This document shows positions 48,471 through 56,542 of a stretch of DNA of 64,000 nt, one piece after another. Where the stretch lies: the NCBI GenBank assembly GCA_003353785.1, contig PIVX01000004.1:47163-111162 (forward strand), read 5' to 3'. The DNA is from Gammaproteobacteria bacterium (GTDB lineage Bacteria > Pseudomonadota > Gammaproteobacteria > PIVX01). The translations under genes and the position numbers were made by a program. Under the pieces are notes generated by a model. It was not told the DNA's origin. It searched no databases and saw only the letters and a program-made list of their open reading frames with translations. Each line of letters begins with the position of its first letter. Within the stretch, counting starts at the first letter, position 1.

Positions 48471-50501
48471 TTAATATTGTTTTTTCATATATACATCCAT
48501 ATTATCATCATATATTCTGATGTTGTCAAAAAAAGATTCTTGCCCTAAAGATGCTTCAAACGAGATTAGCTTATTTTTATTTTGGAGCTGTCCAACAACT
48601 TGGTAGTTGTCGCCCCATTTTGCCTTATAATGTACCATATTTCTATCGGGAGTTATTATATTCTTTAACAAATTAAATTCTTTTGTTAAACCTGTATTAA
48701 ATGAATGTTGGGGAAGAAAATCTTCCCAAGATACTCCTATTATATAGGATAATGGTATCTTAGGAAATAACCAGTAGAAGATAGCTGCATAAAAAGAATA
48801 TCCTTCCATGCGATAAAAAGAAAAAATATTATTTTTCTTTGAAAAAAATAATTTACAATTATCTGTTTGCAAGTTATTTTCTCCATTGAGACTAATACTT
48901 GGAGTGAAAGTAACAGTGAAAGACTTGTCAGTTTTTTTATCTAGGCAAAAATAACTTAAATTATGGCCTAGGACAAAATTAAATGATTCAGTTACTGAGG
49001 TTTCTCTAGGAATTACAAAAATTTCTTGTTTTTTGCGTAACTTGTTACTGTAAAAAAAATAGTTATTCGAATTTATATAAGGATAAAAACTAAAAGGAAT
49101 AGTATTTGAAAATAGATATAGAGAAGTTTGCATTTGGATATGAACGTGTGGAACTGGTGAATATCCAGAATTACCACATAGGCCTATTAATTCATTTTCA
49201 CAAACTATCTGTCCTGGGGCAAGAGTTATAGAATTTTGAGCCAAATGTCCTATGGTTATAAAATAACCATAACTGTTTTCAATAACTACATAATTACCAA
49301 ATTTATTTTCATAGTCCAAATTACCAATCTCATTATCAGGTAAATATGATACTAACTGTATTATTTTACCATTACACGGACTAAGAATTTCTTTACGGAA
49401 ACAATGATAGTCTTCTAGTATATATCCATCTCCAGTATGGGTTTTACCATGCCTTTCAACAACAAAGTCATATGCATATTGCCAAATTCCTTTATGAGTC
49501 CATTGATCATTAAAGCCTTGCCATACAACCCATGTTCCTTTAAAAGGAAAGTTAATACTAATGACATTAGAATCTGCTTTATTTGTGTTATGTAAGAAAG
49601 AATCTAAATTTAGTTCAGGGGTCTCTAAATTTATTTTTGGGATTAACCAGAAATTAAACTGTTTTAGTACATATAAAATACTTAATGAGGTGAAAACAAA
49701 AGGTAAAGTAAATATTGGGATATTGTATATTTTGTATAAGACTAATTCTGCGTTAAGAAACAAAACAGAAATACAAACGCCTAAAGATGCTATTATTACA
49801 CTACCTCTACTAGGAATTAAAAAAATACTTCCAAGATAAATGAAAACTAAAATATGATTAAAACCACCATATATATACCAAGATAGATAATTATTAAGTA
49901 ATAATGATATAAGCACACTTAGGTAATATCCTAAAAGACTAAAAATGAGTATAATTCTTGAGTGTAATAATAATAGTGCAGAGATTGCTATTCCTATGTA
50001 TAAATTTGGACAAAAAAAGATACTACTTAATGTAAGGAGAAAACCACTGATCCAATTAGCATGGTAATCGGTACTAAAACCAGTATAGTTATGAGAACAG
50101 AGCCACAATATTGTGCTTATCAAAGTGAAAGGAAGTGTAAGTGCTGGCAGATTAAAGTTATTATACAAAACATTTTCGATATTAAAGCTAACGATAAAGG
50201 TAAGTATCCCACAAATAACGGTTAATAAAACACTGGTAATGGATATAGGATAAATACTTCCAATGGTAAATCCTACCAGCAAGGAATTATAAGTATAACA
50301 CCCAAAAAATAAAAAATATCTATAGCAACTAATTGAAACTGCAAAATAATACGCTGAAAGCAGTGAAATAGAACCAAGAATAAATAATTTTGGGTAAAAT
50401 ATTAGTGTTGGTATGATTAATATTAGAATATTTTTATTTCTCAAAAAAATAATTTCTGAATAACTAGGAAATATTATTTTATTTATTAAGGTATATATCA
50501 T
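48471..50501 (-). CDS. fusion protein: urea-transporter (UT)-family membrane domain + M23 metallopeptidase domain + unassigned ~215-aa C-terminal domain
   Basis: UT-like internal duplication: YTYNSLLVGF...LPALTLPF and GGFNHILVF...IPIFTLPF. M23 motifs: WTHKG..YAYDF, GNYVVIEN..GHL and CGNSGYSPVPHVHIQ. ATGA overlap with the upstream decarboxylase gene. Confidence 0.8.
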   Translation of the reverse strand: MIYTLINKIIFPSYSEIIFLRNKNILILIIPTLIFYPKLFILGSISLLSAYYFAVSISCYRYFLFFGCYTYNSLLVGFTIGSIYPISITSVLLTVICGILTFIVSFNIENVLYNNFNLPALTLPFTLISTILWLCSHNYTGFSTDYHANWISGFLLTLSSIFFCPNLYIGIAISALLLLHSRIILIFSLLGYYLSVLISLLLNNYLSWYIYGGFNHILVFIYLGSIFLIPSRGSVIIASLGVCISVLFLNAELVLYKIYNIPIFTLPFVFTSLSILYVLKQFNFWLIPKINLETPELNLDSFLHNTNKADSNVISINFPFKGTWVVWQGFNDQWTHKGIWQYAYDFVVERHGKTHTGDGYILEDYHCFRKEILSPCNGKIIQLVSYLPDNEIGNLDYENKFGNYVVIENSYGYFITIGHLAQNSITLAPGQIVCENELIGLCGNSGYSPVPHVHIQMQTSLYLFSNTIPFSFYPYINSNNYFFYSNKLRKKQEIFVIPRETSVTESFNFVLGHNLSYFCLDKKTDKSFTVTFTPSISLNGENNLQTDNCKLFFSKKNNIFSFYRMEGYSFYAAIFYWLFPKIPLSYIIGVSWEDFLPQHSFNTGLTKEFNLLKNIITPDRNMVHYKAKWGDNYQVVGQLQNKNKLISFEASLGQESFFDNIRIYDDNMDVYMKKQY

Positions 50502-51856
50502 ATAGCAAGATGTTCAGGAATACTCTCTCGTCGAATTAGATCAGTAAGATCTTCCTTTCCTCTAATAAGATGTGGGTTTCGTTGAGTATCTATCATAACT
50601 ATTGCTGGTCTATACTCAATAAATTGCATCCATTGAGTAACATTATATGCTCCAACTGGAGATAAGATTATTTGGTCGTTTGTATTTAAGGGAGGTAATA
50701 ATATTCCACTATCTACAACATCTATGTTCATGCATAAAGGGCCGTACAGTACAGACATTTCCATATGTTCTTGGAATTGTCTATTTATCTCAATGTTAAA
50801 TTTATACCAAGTTGATGTGTATAATAAATTGATTCCTGCATCTATCACGTATCCCTTAGTTCCATCCGGCAATCTTTTAGTTGACTTAACTGTACTAATT
50901 AAAAAGCCTGCATCATCTATTAATGCTCTTCCATTTTCTAAAAAAATTTTGAGTCTTGGTTCACTTAACTTATTATCTTCTAAAGCCGAAATAATAGTTT
51001 TTGCAAAAACTTCCATATTAGGTACGATAATATTCTGATGATAATAACTATCTCTAAGTTTACTATTAGATGGTAATCCTCCACCAAGATCAATATACTT
51101 TATTTTGGCATATTTTTTTTCTTCTAGCATTTGTGAAAAGATGGTCATTTTTTTGACCTGGATCTTATATAAATTTGGGTCGAGAACAAAAGTTCCAATA
51201 TGGCAATGTAGCCCTACTAAATTTAATTTACTATGGAGTTTAATTTTTTTTACCGCAGCAAGAGATTCCCCTGATTCTAGATTAAAACCAAATCTAGACC
51301 ATAAAGGATATGTACCAGTATCTAAGTTAAGACGAATACCTACATCGATAATCTTATTTAGTTTATTGGCAATATGTGATATTTCTTCAATTTCTTCGAA
51401 GTTATCTATATGGATCTTAGCACCTTCTCGTATTGCTTTTACCAGGGATTGGTGAGATTTATTAGGGCCATTAAAGATGATTTTGTTTCCAGGAATTCCT
51501 ATATATCTTGCTTTATCGTATTCCATTTCAGAGACAACCTCTGCTAAGAATCCTTCTTGATAGAAAATAGAACAAATCGCATCAAGGTAGTTAGTTTTAT
51601 ATGACCATGCCATTTGAATATCAAAAATTGATGTCGAAAAGTACTTTTTATATTTTTGGATTTTTTTGCGAATAGTATCTTCGGAAAAAACAAATAATGG
51701 AGAACCAAACTTGTTAATTAATTCATTAATATCTACAGAATCTATATGAGTTCTTGTTTTAATAGATTGGTTGCTGTGCCATTCATTCCTATTGATACAT
51801 CCGGATTTAAGTTTAGTAATAATAGGTTTTTCATAAGAAAGAATTGGATCGTCCAT
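50498..51856 (-). CDS. fold-type-III PLP-dependent decarboxylase (Orn/DAP/Arg decarboxylase family)
   Basis: PLFVFSEDTI, the PLP-Lys context AWSYKTN, HCHIGT, DLGGGLP, ENGRALID, YGPLCMNIDV and PVGAYN. Confidence 0.85.
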   Translation of the reverse strand: MDDPILSYEKPIITKLKSGCINRNEWHSNQSIKTRTHIDSVDINELINKFGSPLFVFSEDTIRKKIQKYKKYFSTSIFDIQMAWSYKTNYLDAICSIFYQEGFLAEVVSEMEYDKARYIGIPGNKIIFNGPNKSHQSLVKAIREGAKIHIDNFEEIEEISHIANKLNKIIDVGIRLNLDTGTYPLWSRFGFNLESGESLAAVKKIKLHSKLNLVGLHCHIGTFVLDPNLYKIQVKKMTIFSQMLEEKKYAKIKYIDLGGGLPSNSKLRDSYYHQNIIVPNMEVFAKTIISALEDNKLSEPRLKIFLENGRALIDDAGFLISTVKSTKRLPDGTKGYVIDAGINLLYTSTWYKFNIEINRQFQEHMEMSVLYGPLCMNIDVVDSGILLPPLNTNDQIILSPVGAYNVTQWMQFIEYRPAIVMIDTQRNPHLIRGKEDLTDLIRRESIPEHLAI

Positions 51857-52936
51857 TTATGCCTCTTTATTTTCTGAATATAGAGATAATTCACCTTGTG
51901 TAAAAATATCATCTAAATCACTAATATTATAAATTGATTCTTCTATATGTCTAATAAATAGTTTCCCTGCAACATAACTAATTGGTTCATTTTTAGCATT
52001 ATATCCTAAGGCATTACAGACAATAATTTCAGGTAAATTCAATCCTAGCTGGGTAGAAAAATATATCCATGAAGGAAATCTAGGGTTAACTTCAATTAAA
52101 TAAATTTGTTCCCCAGAAGCTATACATTCTATTTCAAAAGGTCCTCGCCAATTAGTATACTCAACAAATTTTCTGGCAATATTATCTAACTTAGTATTAT
52201 GTATCGAAACACCTGTCCAAATTTTTCCAATCCCCGTAGTAGTAATTTTTCGCACACATGCTGAACCTAATATCTTACCTTCCCCATTTCCAATACCAAT
52301 TATATTTATTTCGTCTCCCACTATTTCATCTTGTATTATTACTGGATAACCATAGTTATAAATAATTTTATTTAGGTAAATTGTAACCTCTTGTAAAGAG
52401 GTTGTTTTATAACAACAGTAGCTATTGCCCTTTATTACTAGAGGGGGTGGTATTTTTTTTATTGCTGAATGTAATTGGTCGTAGGAAAAGATGATTTCTT
52501 GATTAGGGATTTTTGTATCAACTATTTTAGATAAATTTTCCAATTTTATTTTATTACATAATTCTAGCTGCGTCTCTGTAGGAGAAAATAAATAAATTCC
52601 TAATTCTTTTAATTGCTGATGATACCTAGCATAAAATAATAACTCACTATCTAAATTAGGTATAATAACGTTTAGATCAAACTTATTTTTTATATAAGAT
52701 AATCTTGCTAAAGTGTGCTTAGGATCTGATGAGGGATAAGGCATTAAACAGATTTTATCAAAGAAATTATTTAAAAAAACACCAGATTCCATTCCATCAT
52801 ATGCCAAGCCAATTATTCTATGTGGGTAGGCAAAAGAGCTTCGTAAACTTTTGGCAACGCCTACTCCAGGAGCTGGATTCTCACAAGAATTTATTCCAGT
52901 GATCCCAACACAGATATTCTCTCTATTAAAAGTCAT
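51857..52936 (-). CDS. ATP-grasp carboxylate-amine ligase
   Basis: 359 aa. PLVIKG, VIIQDEIVGDE and LIEVNPRFPSW are ATP-grasp blocks. There is no gap to either neighbouring gene. Confidence 0.8.
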   Translation of the reverse strand: MTFNRENICVGITGINSCENPAPGVGVAKSLRSSFAYPHRIIGLAYDGMESGVFLNNFFDKICLMPYPSSDPKHTLARLSYIKNKFDLNVIIPNLDSELLFYARYHQQLKELGIYLFSPTETQLELCNKIKLENLSKIVDTKIPNQEIIFSYDQLHSAIKKIPPPLVIKGNSYCCYKTTSLQEVTIYLNKIIYNYGYPVIIQDEIVGDEINIIGIGNGEGKILGSACVRKITTTGIGKIWTGVSIHNTKLDNIARKFVEYTNWRGPFEIECIASGEQIYLIEVNPRFPSWIYFSTQLGLNLPEIIVCNALGYNAKNEPISYVAGKLFIRHIEESIYNISDLDDIFTQGELSLYSENKEA

Positions 52937-53182
52937 CTATAATATTCCTAAAAATCTCATATTATTTATAAAATCTGTTAAATCAGCATCTATGGTTTTT
53001 TTATCTAAGGAAAATTGTTCAGCAATGTTATTGGCAATGTCGTTAATGGAATATTGTTTATTTATCATGTTAATTATCTCTATTCCTATACAGTTAGTAA
53101 AATAACTGCTACCTGTATGTTTATCGAAAATAAATCCACTATTACTGAGAGAAAGTTTAGACAAGTTTGTGTAGTTATCCAT
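52937..53182 (-). CDS. PqqD-family small protein (RiPP-recognition-element-like)
   Basis: 81 aa. GFIFDKHTGSSYFTNCIGIEIINMINKQYSINDIANNIAEQFSLDKKTIDADLTDFINNMRFLGIL follows the PqqD pattern (..g..y.lN..g..i...l....t..ei...l...y.......D...F...L...g.l). Confidence 0.7.
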   Translation of the reverse strand: MDNYTNLSKLSLSNSGFIFDKHTGSSYFTNCIGIEIINMINKQYSINDIANNIAEQFSLDKKTIDADLTDFINNMRFLGIL

Positions 53183-53262
53183 ATTTTACTTATTATATTG
53201 ATATATATATTTTTTAGACTAAAATAATATTAGCATTAAAAACCAATATTTATGGATGAAAT

Positions 53263-53991
53263 ATGAATAAAATAAAAAAGTTAGTGCTTTTAATTTTTTC
53301 TATACTCTATAGCTTTAATATTTATGCATTTAACTGGGATAAGACGTATATTCAAAGCAGCTATGGGGGAGATTATAAAATAACTACTAAAAAATCTAGA
53401 GGTACTTTTACTATATCTGATTCTAGTAGTTGGAAGTTTGGAGAGAACTATTTCTTTATTGAAGCTGCAGATTTTGTTCATGATGAACTTTTATTGTATG
53501 GGGAATTTGATCCTTCCCTAAGTTTAGGAAAAATATTTAATACAAAAGTTGGAGCAGGCCCAATTGTAGACACATTAATAACGACCAGGTTTTATGCTGA
53601 TGAGTTGAATGCTAGAGAAACTGATTATGGGCTCATGTGGTACTGGGATTTTCATAGAATTTTTCAGTATGTTTCCACCAAAATTGTATATCGCAAAGTT
53701 TTAAATGTGCCAGGGAATGCTGTTGGCCTTCAACTTAATTCTCAAATTAATATTCATAAATACATTTTTTCTACGATTTTTGTTGATTGGACACCAAAGA
53801 GTCAATCGTTAGCACATAACAGAGGGAAAAATCTCTTCGGTAGAATAGAACTGTTTGGTGATGTTGGGAGTATCATTTATAGACCTTATCATATATATCT
53901 TGGTTGTGGCTTTTCTTATTGGAGAAATAAACTAGGTGTACAAGGAACTCATGAGCGGGTTTTATATGGAGTAATCAGATTTTATATATAG
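53263..53991 (+). CDS. Tsx/OmpK-like outer-membrane channel
   Basis: Signal peptide, then W.KTYIQSSYGGDYK..T.S.SSSWKFGENYFFIE..........LYGEFDPSLSLGKIF. Terminal aromatic-rich strand ..VLYGVIRFYI. The assignment comes from recalled family pattern. Confidence 0.55.
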   Translation: MNKIKKLVLLIFSILYSFNIYAFNWDKTYIQSSYGGDYKITTKKSRGTFTISDSSSWKFGENYFFIEAADFVHDELLLYGEFDPSLSLGKIFNTKVGAGPIVDTLITTRFYADELNARETDYGLMWYWDFHRIFQYVSTKIVYRKVLNVPGNAVGLQLNSQINIHKYIFSTIFVDWTPKSQSLAHNRGKNLFGRIELFGDVGSIIYRPYHIYLGCGFSYWRNKLGVQGTHERVLYGVIRFYI

Positions 53992-54109
53992 AAATTAACA
54001 TATAGAAAAATAGCTAGTTGCCAATTCAATTTAATAGGCCTGCCATGTTACTAAAATTCAGAGCGCCATTATTATCTATACAAGTTGCATAAAGAAGCAA
54101 GTAATTCAA

Positions 54110-54130
54110 GGATCTCCTCTAGAGAGATCC
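54110..54130. terminator. hairpin between the convergent Tsx-like and OMP genes
   Basis: GGATCTC-CTCTAGA-GAGATCC. No strong T-run. Confidence 0.3.
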
Positions 54131-54169
54131 CTGTTATCTAAATCGATTTATATTTTTTATGTTGATGAT

Positions 54170-54823
54170 TTAGGCAACTATGAATTTAAAGCCTATGTTA
54201 ATATTATAAGGAGATATGAACACATGTTTGTAATCTTTATTACCAAATTTTGTCAATGTTACTTCTGTAGCTCCTAAAAATTTGTATTCTAAAAATATAC
54301 TCATAACATTATTCATGTGGTATTGTGCCCCAGCTAGAAATTGAAAACCAAATGCATTAGTAGATTCATTAGTTGTTTGAGCTGTATTATTTATTTTATT
54401 ATTGAAATTGCTTTTAAAGTGAGCCCAACCGATACCAATACCTAGATAAGGTGTTATATTTGGATCTATTTCAACGTCATAAATTCCATTTAACATAACA
54501 TTTATCATCGATCCCTCTTTATTGTTAGATTTGTCTGATAGAGTTTTATTTTTTTGGGTAAATTTAGCTTCAGCTACTTTTGCGCGTAAATAGTTGAACT
54601 CTAATTCAGTTCTAAACATATCTAGTTTTTGTCCTACACTACCACCAATATTAAAAGATTTGTCGTATTCTAAATCTATTTTTGTTCCTGTTTGATTTTG
54701 GTCTTGAGAATTGATCCCACTAAATCCGACCTTTACAGTTACGTAAGTGTTATCCATACCGGCACTTGCAAAAGCACTGAAACCTAACATAGCTAATACC
54801 AATATACGGGATCTATTTTTCAT
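54170..54823 (-). CDS. small (8-stranded type) outer-membrane beta-barrel protein
   Basis: 217 aa with signal peptide MKNRSRILVLAMLGFSAFASA, G.G.G blocks, and terminal ..NINIGFKFIVA. Confidence 0.65.
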   Translation of the reverse strand: MKNRSRILVLAMLGFSAFASAGMDNTYVTVKVGFSGINSQDQNQTGTKIDLEYDKSFNIGGSVGQKLDMFRTELEFNYLRAKVAEAKFTQKNKTLSDKSNNKEGSMINVMLNGIYDVEIDPNITPYLGIGIGWAHFKSNFNNKINNTAQTTNESTNAFGFQFLAGAQYHMNNVMSIFLEYKFLGATEVTLTKFGNKDYKHVFISPYNINIGFKFIVA

Positions 54824-55229
54824 CTTATAACGCCTCTATTATTTTAGTTATTATTATTCGTCAATGTAATTTATCTAGAGAAGAATTGTCAAATAAATAT
54901 ATTAATTTATGGTAATGGAGGGCAAAAAACGCTCAATAAGAATTGATAGTGATTAAGATACGCTAAATCCAATCTTTCTTAATTTTTTTGTTAATGTTTT
55001 TAAAAAATATTGACCTAATTCCTTGGATGGATTATGTTAAAAAGTTAAAAGTAGAAGCAAATAAATATTTTTGTAAAGGTTATAAAGGATAAATATATTT
55101 ACTACAAAACAAATTTAAGTATTAAGAAAAACAACACATACATGTTTGTATATTGATATAGAAGGTTCTTTTGAGCCAGGTAGTTTAGATGATATAATCT
55201 AATATAATGTATTAGTCTCGGAGAATATT

Positions 55230-56528
55230 ATGGCTCTTGATCCTTTTTTATTGGCAAGAATTCAGTTTGCTGCAAATATAACGTTTCATATTTTATTTCC
55301 AACTATAACTATAGCGTTAGCTTGGATTTTATTGTTTTTCAGATTAAGATTTAATAAAACAGGCCAAAAATATTGGATGCATGCATATAAACTTTGGGTC
55401 AAAGTTTTTGCTTTAAGTTTTGCGTTAGGTGTTGTAAGTGGTATTACAATGTCTTTTCAGTTTGGGACTAATTGGCCAGGGTTTATGAAAACAGTTGGAA
55501 ATGTTGCTGGACCGTTGTTAGGTTTTGAGGTTTTGTCTGCATTTTTTCTGGAGGCAACTTTCTTGGGGATAATGCTATATGGTATCAGCAGAGTTCCAAA
55601 TTGGCTGCATACATTGGCAACCTTTATTGTAGCATTTGGTACTAGTTTGTCAGCTTTTTGGATTATAGCCTTAAATTCTTGGATGCAATCGCCAAGAGGG
55701 TATGAAATTGTCGATGGTGTTGTTAGAGTAACCAGTTGGCTGGAAGTTATTTTTAACCCAACCATGCCATATACTTTATCACATATGCTATTAGCATGTT
55801 TTATTACAGTTGCATTTTTGTTGGCAGGCGTGTCGTCTTATCAAGTTTTAATAGGTAATAAAAATGAATTTGTGATAAAAACACAAAAATTTAGTATTTA
55901 TTTGGCTTTAGTACTCTTACCGGTTCAAATGATTGTGGGTGATTTAGTAGGAGTTAATGCCGTTAAAACCCAACCAGCTAAAGTTGCTGCTATTGAAGGT
56001 TTATGGGAAACTTCAAGGGGAATTCCTGCGATAATTTTTGCTATTCCTAATGAAAAAGAGCGTAAAAATCATTTTCAAGTAGGTATTCCAAAGTTATCTA
56101 GTTTCTTACTCACTCATAGTTTTGATGGTGAAGTTAAAGGATTAAATGAATTTAAAGATAAGCATCCTCCTGTTGGTCCAGTATTCTGGGCATTTAGAAT
56201 AATGCTTGGTACAGGTATGATTATGTTTGTAGTCTCGATGTTTACTGCTTGGCAGTTAAGATACAAAGGGGAAGTTTCTAAGTTTGGTAATGTGGTGTTA
56301 GTGTTGTTAACTTTTTCTGGATGGGTAGCTACTATTTCCGGTTGGTATGTTGCTGAGATTGGTCGACAGCCTTATCTAGTATATAACCTGTTAGAGACTA
56401 AGAGTGCTGTATCAGATGTGCCTCCTAATATGCTTAGTTCGACATTAACTATATATCTTGTCACGTATATATTATTAATTTGTGCTTATGTATACTCGGT
56501 ATTCTTTATAGCTAAAAGAAGTAATTAA
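55230..56528 (+). CDS. cydA: cytochrome bd-type quinol oxidase subunit I (short Q-loop, CIO-like)
   Basis: LARIQFAANITFHILFPTITIAL, GFEVLSAFFLEATFLG and QPAKVAAIEG. Only 432 aa. Confidence 0.9.
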   Translation: MALDPFLLARIQFAANITFHILFPTITIALAWILLFFRLRFNKTGQKYWMHAYKLWVKVFALSFALGVVSGITMSFQFGTNWPGFMKTVGNVAGPLLGFEVLSAFFLEATFLGIMLYGISRVPNWLHTLATFIVAFGTSLSAFWIIALNSWMQSPRGYEIVDGVVRVTSWLEVIFNPTMPYTLSHMLLACFITVAFLLAGVSSYQVLIGNKNEFVIKTQKFSIYLALVLLPVQMIVGDLVGVNAVKTQPAKVAAIEGLWETSRGIPAIIFAIPNEKERKNHFQVGIPKLSSFLLTHSFDGEVKGLNEFKDKHPPVGPVFWAFRIMLGTGMIMFVVSMFTAWQLRYKGEVSKFGNVVLVLLTFSGWVATISGWYVAEIGRQPYLVYNLLETKSAVSDVPPNMLSSTLTIYLVTYILLICAYVYSVFFIAKRSN

Positions 56529-56542
56529 TGGAGAAATAAGAA

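Noticed and set aside
53290-53481. 63-aa minus-strand ORF upstream of the PqqD-like gene, considered as a possible precursor peptide for the operon.
   Set aside because: It lies entirely antisense within the Tsx/OmpK-like gene, has no Shine-Dalgarno sequence, and is too long and compositionally ordinary for a precursor. It stays only as a formal possibility, noted in the findings.
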